A stretch of 62,950 nucleotides of DNA, the filler included, from Octopus bimaculoides (taxonomy: Eukaryota): assembly GCF_001194135.2 (NCBI RefSeq). It is 3 parts of 3 records of this genome, joined end to end, with 100 filler letters (N's around TTAATTAATTAA, not from the genome) between each part and the next. Parts side by side here need not be neighbours in the genome. Positions count along the whole stretch, not along the records: positions 1 to 28,177 come from NC_068989.1; positions 28,278 to 48,667 come from NC_068981.1; 1 more part is not named here. One strand, given 5' to 3'. Shown in pieces: positions 24,850-37,424 of the stretch (within the stretch, counting starts at the first letter, position 1; each line of letters starts with the position of its first letter). The notes below the pieces were generated by a model. That model worked only from the letters and a program-made list of their open reading frames with translations. It was not told the origin of the DNA and did no database searches. Made by a program: the position numbers and the translations under genes.

Positions 24850-26760
24850 CATTGGTAACTAACAAGTCCTACTCTCGACAAACATACATGACTGCAAACA
24901 TTGCAGACCAAGCTGTCCCCATTCATTACACTAGCAGTGCATTACCGAGCAGCACATTTAAATTCTTTATGAAGAATATGTGTTCTTTCAAAGGTATTGA
25001 CTCCCACCTTTACCTGTGCTGCAGTGAGAGTCAGGACATCCCCTGCAAGAATAGACTTGAACGAATGACTATAAATACTAGCAGTCTGAGTGAGAGACAG
25101 AGAGAGTAAGCTTTAATCACAGGAAGTCGTAAGGTGTCGTTTTGGTAGTTTGTCAGTATATCAACCGGGCTTTCCTCAAGACCTGTGTATCTGGAGTTTT
25201 TAAGGTTCAGCCAACAGTCAGAATGTCTCAGACATCTCTAATGGAAGCATTCAAGGACCTTTATATGCCATTTGTAAAGGGTCCATGTCTCACATGAGTG
25301 AAGGGGCGATGTCAGTACACATGCCCAGTACACAGCAATTTTTGTTCACCTTGTGATGCCATGTTGGGACCAGACACAAAATTCAAGAGACCTGAAGGAA
25401 TCAGTTGCTCTCTGCAGCCTGAAAGATATTTTGTCATCCAGGGAGCAAGAACGGCTGAGTGTGCTGCCCAGGTAGACAAACTTGTCTACCACTTTCAGAA
25501 TTGTTCCTTCAACCAAGATAACTGGTTCCACATATGGGTCTCCTGGTGCAGGCTGGAACATTAGTCTTGTCCAGGCTAATGCTGAGTCCAAATGCCTTGC
25601 AAGAAGTAGAAATACGATTCACAAGAATTTGCATATATTTATGCAAATATCTGTCATTTGCATAAAGGAGGTCACAAATAAAAGAAACTTTTGAATTGGC
25701 AGCAAATCAATGCAGATTAAAAAGACAGCCATAAAATCAATACCTAAAATACATCCTAGGAGAGCTGTCCATAGCAAAAGCATGAGAGAGAGTAGCAGCA
25801 AAGTACAGAGAAAAGAGAGTTGGGGCAATGATGTCACCCTGCTTGACACCATTCTCTACAGGAATGGGTCCCACCATATCACCACCAACATTCACCTTAG
25901 CCTCCATCCTATCATGAAATGATTTTATTATTGATACAAAGTGATCTGGACATCCAAGTTTGCCAAGTATTTCCATAGGAAGGCTCTATTCACAGTATCA
26001 AAGGCATTAGTTAAATCAAATGAATACCAGTACAAGATCCATATTCTGCTCATTGCACACTTCTCCTGCATCTGCCTTGCTGTGAAAATCATATCCATCA
26101 TTCCTCTTCTAGATCAGAAACCACATTGAGATTCAGATAAGACATCATTTACAAGACACCTATTCAGGCAGATAAGAAGGATACTTGCCAGAACCTTGTC
26201 AGCAGCTGATAGAGCAATACCTCTGTCGTTGCCACACTCTACTCTGACTCCCTATCCTTCATAGAGAGGATGAATAATTGCATCCTTCCAGTCCTTAGGC
26301 ATTGCTCCATCCCTCCAGATTACACTAATAATTGATGTGATCACCACCATATCACAAGACCTCAGCACAAATACCATCCTTACCAGGTGCCTTACCAAGA
26401 TTCAATTTACTTATTGCTCTCATTACCTCATCTATTGAGGGTGAGGAATTTAAGGAGCTAATGACAGGTCTCTGTTGCATAGTGTCAATTACTGCTTTGT
26501 CCACAACTAACTCATGGTTTAAGAGTTCAGAAAAATGTTCAATCCAGAGGCCTGTGATCCCTGTTGATTTAGTAAACAGAGTAGAAAACTCCTTGGAAAG
26601 GAAAGGCACTGATGAAGAAATCTTAGGCCCATAAACTTGCTTCATAAGATGGTCAAGCTTCTTGTTGTCATTTGCATCAGTAGCAGCCTGAACACCATGA
26701 CCAAGATCCTCCCACCAGGTATTCTGCATTTTCCTGAGAGATCGCTGCAGTAGTGATTTT
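24850..26760 (-). mobile_element. BovB-like RTE LINE (RT and C-terminus), decayed
   Basis: ORFs give EVMRAISKLNLGKAPGKDGI, LGKLGCPDHFVSIIKSFH, NGVKQGDIIAPTLFSLYF and VDKFVYLGSTLSR. Confidence 0.9.
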
Positions 26761-26904
26761 ACACTGCTAGTGGGCAAGTGATAGATTTCACTGCACAACT
26801 GAAAGTCCTCTGTGCAGTAATACACTGTGGGGGGCATGGCGCTTTACGACCAGCAATCACTGAACTTCAGCATCAGTTTCACACACACGTATAAATAATC
26901 TTTC

Positions 26905-27320
26905 ACTTGTTTCAGTTATTTGCCAGTGGCCATGCTGGGGCACTGCCTTGAAAGGTCTTAGTCGAACAAATTGACCCCAGAAAGTTTTTTTTTTAAGCCT
27001 AGTATTTATTCTATTGGTCTCTTTTGCTGAGCCATAAACACACCAACTCTGGTTGTCAAACAGTGATGAGGCGAGTGGGGGGGNNNNNNNNNNGGAACAG
27101 ACACAAAGATACACACACACACACACAGATACATATATATATAGAAATATGATGGGCTTCTTTCAGTTTCCATCTGCCAAATCCACTCAGAAGGCTTTGG
27201 TCAGCCTGAGGATATAGTAGATATAGTAGAAGACACTTACTCAAGGTGTTGCACTTACCCAAGGACTGAACCCAGAACTATGTGGTTGGGATGCAAGCAT
27301 TTTAACACACAGCCATGCCT
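26905..27320 (-). mobile_element. CORE-like SINE
   Basis: Reverse-strand match to the family. Confidence 0.8.
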
Positions 27321-27354
27321 GAGCCTCTAACATATATATGCACGCATATATATA

Positions 27355-27739
27355 TGTTGTTGGCACTCCGTCGCTTACGACGTCGAGGGTTCCAGTTGAT
27401 CCGATCAACGGAACAGCCTGCTCGTGAAATTAACGTGCAAGTGGCTGAGCACTCCACAGACACGTGTACCCTTAACGTAGTTCTCGGGGATATTCAGCGT
27501 GACACAGTGTGACAAGGCTGACCCTTTGAATTACAGGTACAACAGAAACAGGAAGTAAGAGTGAGAGAAAGTTGTGGTGAAAGAGTACAGCAGGGTTCGC
27601 CACCATCCCCTGCCGGAGCCTCATGGAGCTTTTGGTGCTTTCGCTCAATAAACACTCACAACGCCCAGTCTGGGAATCGAAACCGTGTTCCTATGACCGC
27701 AAGTCCGCTGCCCTAGCCACTGGGCCATTACGCCTCCAC
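27355..27739 (-). mobile_element. Young tRNA-derived SINE of a separate family
   Basis: Minus-strand GGAGGCGTAATGGCCCAGTGGCTAGG (A box), GGTTTCGATTCCC (B box), (CAA)n tail. A degenerate relative lies at 61215-61365. Confidence 0.85.
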
Positions 27740-28136
27740 AAATATATACATGCATATATATATATATACACACACACATATATATATGCACACATATATA
27801 TACACACATATATATACATATATATGCACACATATATATACACATATATATGCACACATATATACACACATATGCACACATATATATACACACATATATA
27901 TATACATATATGCACACATATATATACACACATATATGCACACATATATATACACACATATATATATACATATAGGCACACACATATATATACATATATA
28001 TATACATACACATATATATATATACACACACACATATACACACATATACACAAACACACACACACACACACAAACACACACATATATATACACACACACA
28101 CAAACACACACATATATATACACACACACACACATG

Positions 28137-28172
<36 letters not shown>

Positions 28173-28277
28173 TATATNNNNNNNNNNNNNNNNNNNNNNN
28201 NNNNNNNNNNNNNNNNNNNNNTTAATTAATTAANNNNNNNNNNNNNNNNNNNNNNNNNNNNNNNNNNNNNNNNNNNN

Positions 28278-28315
<38 letters not shown>

Positions 28316-28707
28316 GATATTATACGGTAAAACCATATAACTGGAGGAGAGCTTACTTTACAGGTAGAGAAGTGGGTAAATATAAATAGACCTCGTAACG
28401 ATACCAGCTACCAAATGGTTTCACGGCGAATTGGGGCACCGAGTGACCTTAGTAAAGTCATTGGGGAGAATCCCGAGCCGATTATCGTGGTCTATTTTAT
28501 ATATAGGCAGAAAGACTTTTGGTTAATAATATGACAGAATTAAGGCAAGATAAAAAATGAAAGTCTTCAATATATAAGGCATTCTGCCTAAACTACGTCT
28601 TTAACATACGATTTATTAGTAGTAACGCAAAAAGGAAACTATTTCCTAAGGAAAGTAAAGATTTAATGAAAAGGTGAATCAAGACTCAAGAAAAACAAAG
28701 CACTTAC

Positions 28708-28753
28708 CCAGGCAGTGGTCAAGCAGCAAATGGTATTGAATGGTCGTTTTGTA
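28708..28753 (-). CDS. Candidate exon (YKTTIQYHLLLDHCL or TKRPFNTICCLTTAW)
   Basis: Strong acceptor ttctttcag and donor GTAAGT, 46 nt, two open frames. Confidence 0.4.
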
Positions 28754-29204
28754 CTGAAAGAATTTTGAAGGGGTTTTATTTTTAGACTGGGGTCAAACGG
28801 TCGAATCCATTCAACCATGTTTTAAGTCTTTAGCAACACCAATTACAAAGAATTTGGGAGTGGTTCTGAAAGATGGAGAGAAGTATTGACGGGCAGAAAC
28901 TGGGTGGGAGTTGTCTTCAATAATTCAAGTAATGCTATATATTCAAAATTAACTATACATGCTGGTTTTGTTGTTGTTATTGTTGCTGCTACTGTTGTTA
29001 TTGTCACTTATTTTTTTGTATTTTGACGCTACTTTCCTTCAGAAATTAGTGGTCCTAAACTCCCTAGGGAATTTTATGCCAGCTTCATCACTTTTATTTA
29101 TTTATTTATTTATTTATTTATTTTTTCTTTGTTTTGAAACGAGATCGAAATAAACATTTTATACCGATAGATTTTAGACACTTTTTTTCTGAAACTGGTA
29201 AGAT

Positions 29205-29295
29205 TATGTAGGGGGTGCAAATTTTGATCTTGCACCCCCTGAAAATTCTAGGGGGTGCAGGTGCACCCGCTGCACCCCCTGTTCCCGGGCCCTTG
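29205..29295. mobile_element. DNA-transposon/MITE terminal fragment
   Basis: Repeated gggggtgca/tgcaccccc palindromic motifs ending gttcccgggcccttg. Confidence 0.45.
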
Positions 29296-29299
29296 ACCA

Positions 29300-30170
29300 G
29301 AGGGAAAAGAGAGACACAACCGGGTAGACTTTATTGATATGTTGACATGTGTGACTGTGTGTGCGTCGTGTATACAGAATAATAGACAGGCCGTCGTGAG
29401 AACAAAGTGTATGTGTGTGTATCATGTATACAGAGCATTGAAAGAGTCTATAATGAGAAGTTAGAAGAATGTTCATAGACACAAGAATGATAAATACCAG
29501 TTCGTAGTCAGAAATGCTGTATCAAGAAGTTGCGGCGATGATGCAGAGCCGGTTGAGGTACATGTCGTACGTGAAGTTGTGACTGTGATGCTGCTGTCTG
29601 GGTCACTTGGTACAGGAGTTCTCGCAGGTTGTATTTGCTGTTAACCATGGTGAAGTAATTCACGAACAGTGTTGTGTTAGAACCTGTGCGAGTTGCTGGT
29701 TGCTGTGTACGTAGAGAGATGATGTTGACGACGTTAAGAAGACGATGGTGGCGATGAAGAAAGAGATTTCTGTATGTTGTTGGACAAGTGTTGCCGTTTG
29801 GCTCACAGGTTGTATATTTGCTGTTGTTCCAGGGTGAAGTAATTCACAAACGGTGCTGTGTTGAAACCTGGGCGTCTGGCGTTGTCGCTGGAACTGGCTG
29901 TGTCTTGTGTGGTCAGTGGCTAGACCTTAAAAGGTCTGGGACTAAAGACTTCTAGATGCGGAGAAGCTGGAGTTTTGTAGGGAGCAGTCGGCTCAAACTG
30001 GAGTATAAACAAGCTGTCACACGTGACCTTATTTGAAGGCTGCGATTGGTTGGGTTGCATATTGGCGTGCGATAGAGCAAGAGACAAATTGCATCAATAC
30101 CAACCAATCAGAGTAGTGGACACAACAGGGTCCAAAATGCGGCCAAAGACTACCTTTTGTCTACTACGTT
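29300..30170 (-). mobile_element. Solo LTR-like element
   Basis: Minus-strand AATAAA near 29330; CpG-rich; colinear homology with 33710-34577 (aaggtcacgtg, ccagcgac, cgtacaca, cggttgtgtc). Confidence 0.6.
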
Positions 30171-30703
30171 CGTATGTATGTATATATATATATATAATGG
30201 AGAGGAGAGGAATTTCCCTCAAGTGTACGCTACATATACATTAATCAAAATAGTGAACGAAAAGAGAAAACAATCGGCCATATGATAATTAGAAAAAAGT
30301 TACTCTCAATTCATTCAGTAGAATTCATAATTCCATTTTAGACCCCTTACATCCTTCATTGCAAAAAAACATTAGTCTGGTATATGCATTTAGATCACGA
30401 ACGCACGTGCGCGCGCACATACGCATACACGCACAAAATGCACACATTTATAAAATACTTTAGAAGAGCACTGTTATTTCAATATATCGGTATTTTAGTA
30501 AATTTATTGTCAGTTGCCTTTATATGTATTTCAGGAGGAAAATAAGTTAATTAAAAATAAACAAACGACAAGGAAAAATAATATAAAAGCAACATCAACA
30601 ACTGATTTTTTGAAAAAAATGTTATAGAACACTTATGATTATCTGAAATATAATACCGAGTTACTCGATAACTCGTTAACGGATAACTCAATATATTTCG
30701 AAG

Positions 30704-31027
30704 TAATGTTTATCGCCACTTCAATATGGCTGTTCCGTAGGAACCGACGTTACTACCTTTTTTAACCCTGTGACGAGCTAGAGCGAATTACTGCTATCTC
30801 TAACGGACGAGTGTCCACCACTAAGGATGGGCACAAATAGCTAGAAACCGTACATTCTGGTGGGCCTGTCGTCTGCTGGAAGATGTTAGGGGTTTGCTCC
30901 CCTGCTTTCATTATATATCGAGTGCAGATTGCATTGATAACCAGCTAGAGGAGGCACTGCTGATGTTAAAAACAGTATTAACGCAGGTTCCTACGGAACA
31001 GCCATATTCAAATAGCGATAAACATTA
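30704..31027. mobile_element. About 324-bp unit bounded by ~42-bp inverted repeats
   Basis: taatgtttatcgccacttcaatatggctgttccgtaggaacc (30704-30745) vs reverse complement of 30986-31027, about 3 mismatches. Confidence 0.75.
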
Positions 31028-31489
31028 TTTCTCAGTATAGTTACTACTTACGTCTCTTATATAGAGTTTCTAACTAGCTACTTTGCTTGTTTCAATATAT
31101 TTCGATATTCACTTAATTTGTCGCTTTGGATGTAGGAACTTTCTCTGTTTAGCACCTACACGCGCGCGCGTGGCATGAATGCATTTTTAACAAAATGATA
31201 CGTTACGATTATTTACACCAACCTCACACACACACACACATACATGTACAGAATAACACTAAAGTCAGGCACAAAACAAGTTCAATACGTTCAAAGTTCA
31301 ATACGCTCAAATCCATGCTTTTCTAACAATGAATAACAATGAATAAAATGAATAGAAGAATACCGAATGCACACGTACTTGTACATGATGAACAAATTAA
31401 ATAACATTAGTAATAACGTGATATAAAGAAAATGCCAAATATCTTGATACGTGACTTTTAACCTACAGCTGTATATATGAGTAAGTTTC

Positions 31490-31665
31490 CATAAATTATC
31501 TTCACAACTTTCACAATTTATCGCCTAGATATGTTGCTTGCAACCAGTGGAACTTACGTGCTTTAATTGTTCGCCTACGTTTTCCCATAAACTCCGCTGA
31601 ATTAACCATATTTTTCATTTTTTCCTGAATTTTTCAAACTGTAATGGTAATAAATGGACACCCTG
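31490..31665 (+). mobile_element. mariner-like 3' terminal fragment
   Basis: Ends ggtaataaatggacaccctg|TA. Confidence 0.62.
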
Positions 31666-31779
31666 TATAAATAAAGGAAGTGAAAGAAATTTCGGGGAGA
31701 GATTATTTACAGCACAACGCCAGCGTATATTTCATATGCACATTTTACACATTTTTATAAATATTGGCTTCAAATTTTG

Positions 31780-31940
31780 GAACAAGGCCCGCAATTTCGG
31801 GGAAGGGGTTAGTCGATTACACCGACCACAGTACCTAATTAGTAATTATTTTATCGACACCAATAGGATTAAAAGCGAAGTCGACCTCGGCGGCATTCCA
31901 GCTCAAGACGTAAAGACAAAAGAAATGCTCATAAGCATTT
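31780..31940 (-). mobile_element. SINE of the 4580-5430 family
   Basis: Reverse-strand gtcgacttcgcttttaatcctattggtgtcgataaaat. Confidence 0.7.
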
Positions 31941-32078
31941 TTTTCCGGTCCAGAAATACAAGCACACACATACATATGCACTTATATAATATAATATAAT
32001 ATAATATATGCATGTATGTATATATGTATATATGTATGTATGCATGTATATATGCATGCTTGTATGTACAGAGTTTAC

Positions 32079-32202
32079 CATTCAAATTCAATATTACTAA
32101 GCCCGATCTTGTCAACGTCATTCTCAAATACGTCATTATCAGACTCAGCTTCGCTATTAGGCTTGGTTACGTTGTCATCAACTTTGATTTCGCCGTTAGC
32201 AA
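32079..32202 (-). CDS. Candidate acidic exon (ANGEIKVDDNVTKPNSEAESDNDVFENDVDKIGLSNIEFE)
   Basis: Acceptor catttaag, donor GTAAAC, 124 nt open, protein-like composition, phase 1 to 2. Confidence 0.4.
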
Positions 32203-32321
32203 CTTAAATGTCGCCAAAGAAGGATGGGGCGAATTGTTTTGATTTTTTTTTATTAATTTATGAACAGATATTGACGTAAGTGGTTATTTGTCGCAGAATT
32301 GTAAAAATATGTAAACATACG

Positions 32322-32445
32322 CCTAGGTTGACTGTGTGGTAAGAAGTTTGCTTACCAACCACATGGTTCCGGATTCAGTCCCACTACGTGACACATTGGG
32401 CAGATGTCTAATATAGCCTTGGGCCGCCCAAAGGCTTGTGAGTGA
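32322..32445 (+). mobile_element. CORE-like SINE 5' part
   Basis: ctgtgtggtaagaagtttgcttaccaaccacatggttccggattcagtccc. Confidence 0.75.
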
Positions 32446-32589
32446 ATTTGGGAGCAGTGCCCAAAATATCAAGGAGTTTCTACCTCATAAACAGGAGTTA
32501 CACCACAGTTATTTTGTGATCTTTGCTACCCTGGTATCTATTAACCAATTTATTTTGTCCGAGTTATTTATTAATTAGGAGAAAATAAA

Positions 32590-32626
<37 letters not shown>

Positions 32627-33709
32627 NNNNNNNNNNNNNNNNNNNNNNNNNNNNNNNNNNNNNNNNNNNNNNNNNNNNNNNNNNNNNNNNNNNNNNNNNN
32701 NNNNNNNNNNNNNNNNNNNNNNNNNNNNNNNNNNNNNNNNNNNNNNNNNNNNNNNNNNNNNNNNNNNNNNNNNNNNNNNNNNNNNNNNNNNNNNNNNNNN
32801 NNNNNNNNNNNNNNNNNNNNNNNNNNNNNNNNNNNNNNNNNNNNNNNNNNNNNNNNNNNNNNNNNNNNNNNNNNNNNNNNNNNNNNNNNNNNNNNNNNNN
32901 NNNNNNNNNNNNNNNNNNNNNNNNNNNNNNNNNNNNNNNNNNNNNNNNNNNNNNNNNNNNNNNNNNNNNNNNNNNNNNNNNNNNNNNNNNNNNNNNNNNN
33001 NNNNNNNNNNNNNNNNNNNNNNNNNNNNNNNNNNNNNNNNNNNNNNNNNNNNNNNNNNNNNNNNNNNNNNNNNNNNNNNNNNNNNNNNNNNNNNNNNNNN
33101 NNNNNNNNNNNNNNNNNNNNNNNNNNNNNNNNNNNNNNNNNNNNNNNNNNNNNNNNNNNNNNNNNNNNNNNNNNNNNNNNNNNNNNNNNNNNNNNNNNNN
33201 NNNNNNNNNNNNNNNNNNNNNNNNNNNNNNNNNNNNNNNNNNNNNNNNNNNNNNNNNNNNNNNNNNNNNNNNNNNNNNNNNNNNNNNNNNNNNNNNNNNN
33301 NNNNNNNNNNNNNNNNNNNNNNNNNNNNNNNNNNNNNNNNNNNNNNNNNNNNNNNNNNNNNNNNNNNNNNNNNNNNNNNNNNNNNNNNNNNNNNNNNNNN
33401 NNNNNNNNNNNNNNNNNNNNNNNNNNNNNNNNNNNNNNNNNNNNNNNNNNNNNNNNNNNNNNNNNNNNNNNNNNNNNNNNNNNNNNNNNNNNNNNNNNNN
33501 NNNNNNNNNNNNNNNNNNNNNNNNNNNNNNNNNNNNNNNNNNNNNNNNNNNNNNNNNNNNNNNNNNNNNNNNNNNNNNNNNNNNNNNNNNNNNNNNNNNN
33601 NNTCTTAAATGATGACTAAATGCCAGTATAGACCAACCGTCCATTCAGTTTTTTCACTACTATTATTTCCTATTTCGTCTGTTTGTCTTCGACAAACCGA
33701 CTGGTGCGA

Positions 33710-34577
33710 GGCTAGTGTAGTGAACACTTCTCTCACTATATATATTAACAGGCGAGCGTAGTAGAAAGCAACTCATTCCCTGTCATCACCTGACTGACTA
33801 TTCTTTGCGCGGGTAAATTATATCCAGACCGTTCACCCCAGGACGCAAACCGACCAACCGTAGCCCCTAATAAGGTCACGTGAGAGTGTTTCTTCTAATG
33901 CTTTCCTGGAGCCCCTATTTTCCTATAAATAGCCTAAATTATACCCGCCAATTCGTCACGGTTCAGATCTCCTAGATCTGGCCGCTGACCACACACGCGT
34001 AACACAGCACCAACCAGCCAGTCAGTTTCCAGCGACGACATCGACACCATCGTCCAACTACGACTACCAGCATCGTCGCCAGCGTCAACATGACTCTACA
34101 CGTACACAAGCTACCAACAGCTAACCAAACAACTACCGCAGCACTTCTCAGCCCATTTGTGTGATTTCTTCACCACGAAAATACAGCCAGAACTCAGCCT
34201 GCGAAGAACATCTGCATTCAAGAACCCGGCCCGGCATAGAAGCCCTAACATCATGACGAGTGACCGCTCTGCATTAACCTTAAATTCTTATATACAGACA
34301 CTTACTACTGTGTACTCTAATTAAGAACTGGTAAATTCCAATCCGTGTTACTGACTCTAATCTATACTCTGTAACTCTTACATACACATACATATTTGTA
34401 CACACACTCTTCTCTTTACATGTCTTTAATGTGTTTTATTATGTCGCATTCACACTCACACACAGACATACGATTTAATGCTACAATAAATCTTACTCTT
34501 ATTCATCTCTATCGGTTGTGTCAATATCATTTTCCTTACTGGCATTTCTTAGTTCTCTATGCTATAGAATTATAACA
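33710..34577 (+). mobile_element. Solo LTR-like element
   Basis: TG..CA-type ends possible (tgtagtg at ~33715, ataaca at 34577), TATA box ctataaatag at ~33922, AATAAA at ~34486; homologous to 29300-30170. Confidence 0.65.
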
Positions 34578-35679
34578 TATTTATCATATATTTTGTGTCG
34601 ACCGTGTGACGCGTTTTAAAAAAGGAGCCTGTTTTCCATTCGTCACCATTTCTCCTTTTGGTTCGCACGGTCGTTCTTACATATATATATATATATATAN
34701 NNNNNNNNNNNNNNNNNNNNNNNNNNNNNNNNNNNNNNNNNNNNNNNNNNNNNNNNNNNNNNNNNNNNNNNNNNNNNNNNNNNNNNNNNNNNNNNNNNNN
34801 NNNNNNNNNNNNNNNNNNNNNNNNNNNNNNNNNNNNNNNNNNNNNNNNNNNNNNNNNNNNNNNNNNNNNNNNNNNNNNNNNNNNNNNNNNNNNNNNNNNN
34901 NNNNNNNNNNNNNNNNNNNNNNNNNNNNNNNNNNNNNNNNNNNNNNNNNNNNNNNNNNNNNNNNNNNNNNNNNNNNNNNNNNNNNNNNNNNNNNNNNNNN
35001 NNNNNNNNNNNNNNNNNNNNNNNNNNNNNNNNNNNNNNNNNNNNNNNNNNNNNNNNNNNNNNNNNNNNNNNNNNNNNNNNNNNNNNNNNNNNNNNNNNNN
35101 NNNNNNNNNNNNNNNNNNNNNNNNNNNNNNNNNNNNNNNNNNNNNNNNNNNNNNNNNNNNNNNNNNNNNNNNNNNNNNNNNNNNNNNNNNNNNNNNNNNN
35201 NNNNNNNNNNNNNNNNNNNNNNNNNNNNNNNNNNNNNNNNNNNNNNNNNNNNNNNNNNNNNNNNNNNNNNNNNNNNNNNNNNNNNNNNNNNNNNNNNNNN
35301 NNNNNNNNNNNNNNNNNNNNNNNNNNNNNNNNNNNNNNNNNNNNNNNNNNNNNNNNNNNNNNNNNNNNNNNNNNNNNNNNNNNNNNNNNNNNNNNNNNNN
35401 NNNNNNNNNNNNNNNNNNNNNNNNNNNNNNNNNNNNNNNNNNNNNNNNNNNNNNNNNNNNNNNNNNNNNNNNNNNNNNNNNNNNNNNNNNNNNNNNNNNN
35501 NNNNNNNNAAAGATGAACAATGCATGAAGTTTTAAGGAAATATTTATTTACCGTTACATCGAATATACCTTGTCTCGACGGGCAGGTGATAAAATCGTGA
35601 AGCATGCGAAGTAAAAAAAAAAAGTCAATTTCGGCCTGTGTGGTCGTATTGTAGTAGTAAACCATAGAGAGAGATATGG

Positions 35680-36090
35680 TAATGTGCAGAGAAGACAAAG
35701 TGAGTTAGTGAAAGTGAGAGAGTGTGAAGTTGGGTCTCATAGCTGCTGACAGTAAATTTTATTTCTTTATTTGACCATTGTCTTTAGTAGCTGCCTTGCT
35801 TGTGATCATGATTCTAGCGTTCTGCTCCCTAACTGATGATAGCTGTCTCTGACTCGAGTTTCTCATTCGTTAACTAACTGATTGAGTTGTCACGAGCCGA
35901 CTAACTCAGTTGTCACCAAATGACTAACTGATTTTTGCTTGGGGTTCTTGCTTTTATAACTATCCGGAAGGATAGACATATCGTTGAGAACAATAGATCT
36001 AGTTGGTGGTCTTGTTATCTTAATTCTAGCTTTTGGTGAAATAGAAGAGGTTAGAAAGGGTCAAGTGGTGAAGACATTAATTCGGCCTAC
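35680..36090 (-). mobile_element. Possible LTR-like remnant
   Basis: Minus-strand tataaaag followed later by aataaa, with ctaactga repeats; ends unclear. Confidence 0.3.
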
Positions 36091-36740
36091 CTAAGGCAAT
36101 CTGGCAAATGTAAAACTGCTGTCACAGAAAAAACTATTGTTTTACCGTGAGAAAAGTTCTGTTGAGGTGTTAATTTAAATTTGGCTATGGTGGATCGAAT
36201 CCACTTCATGCTTGCAAGATTCACATATATATATATATATACATACACACACATATATATTCTTTTATTTGTTTCAGTCATTTGACTGGAGTCATGCTGG
36301 AGCACCGCTTATATATGAATTTTTATTTTTCAAAATGAAAAAAACAAAACAAAACAAATTAACAGTAAATGGACGATAATGTTTATTTTTGTATACTTCC
36401 ACTTTATTTATATTTGAAAAGATTTCTCCTACTTTCTTTTAATTGCAGTCTTTGAGCAGATCCTCAAAGTTTATCCTATCTAACATACCCGCATTTATAC
36501 TTAGTAGTGATAAGGTGTCCCGAATATTATTTTTGAAAGTTTAAAGTGATTTCTTTTGTGCCGTAAACCATTTATCATTTCTGTGCGCCCCCCCACACAC
36601 ACACACTTACCTTGATGCCATAAACACGTACTTACTTTGTTTAATGTTTACTCCAATGCAGGTTAAGAGAGTTAAGAAATGATAATAATGAAAAAAAGTA
36701 TTAAACTACTGTTATTTAGTTTTTACTTTGTCGTGTTTTA

Positions 36741-36900
36741 TTACCTCCGCCAAGGAAGGAAGTTATGTTTTCATTGGCGTTGGTTTGTCCGTCTGTCCGT
36801 CTGTTTGCAAAATAACTCAAATTTTGGTAGTAATCCAGGAATTTTTATGGATTCTTGAAGGATTTTTCATTTATTATATTTACTTTACATGAAGTATTAC
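36741..36900 (+). mobile_element. HINE/Helentron 5' end
   Basis: ttacctccgccaagga..gttatgttttc followed by (gtcc/gtct)n. Confidence 0.6.
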
Positions 36901-37294
36901 AATGTTACGTTCTTTGATTATCTCCCTTGAAAACACATCATTTCCACGTAACCTATGGTGGCGTTGTTTAGAGACAGTGTTGACGATGACGGTGGTCGAG
37001 ATAAGTATGGGAAGAGGATAAAATAGTATCGATGGCGACAGGAACGGTGTGATGTGTGATGCTGAGGTGATGGTGGTAATAGTGGTGTTGATGATAGTGT
37101 TAGTTGAGTGATGGTGGTATTGCAGTGGTTATACTGGTTGTGGTGGTGAAAGTAATCGTCATGATAACATTGATGGCGGTGTATGTGGTTGATGCTGCTG
37201 ATGATGTTGGTGGTTGTGAACTGCTTTAGATGATTCCTGTTTTTAAAGGGTTTTTTTTTTCCTAAAATCATATGGCTGCGTTATTATTATTTTT

Positions 37295-37424
37295 TTACCC
37301 TCGCCAAGGAGGTTATGCTTTTGCCGGCGTTGGTTTGGGAAACTGGGCGATTTTCAGCATGCGTGTATATGGATGGAAATGAGCTGCTTGGCGGAGGTCT
37401 GCGCTCTCCGAGTGCTTTTCTAGT
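37295..37424 (+). mobile_element. Minimal HINE/Helentron-type element (~130 bp)
   Basis: Subterminal IR cctcgccaag / cttggcggagg, 3' hairpin gcgctc-tcc-gagtgc, ends ttttctag. Confidence 0.65.

Noticed and set aside
28222-28233. TTAATTAATTAA island inside an N gap (again at 48712-48723)
   Set aside because: An identical six-frame-stop spacer centred in gaps; an assembly linker rather than biology.
23986-31665. Inward-facing mariner TIRs as one 7.7-kb composite transposon
   Set aside because: Both fragments are the same (3') end with homologous interior, so they are independent remnants.
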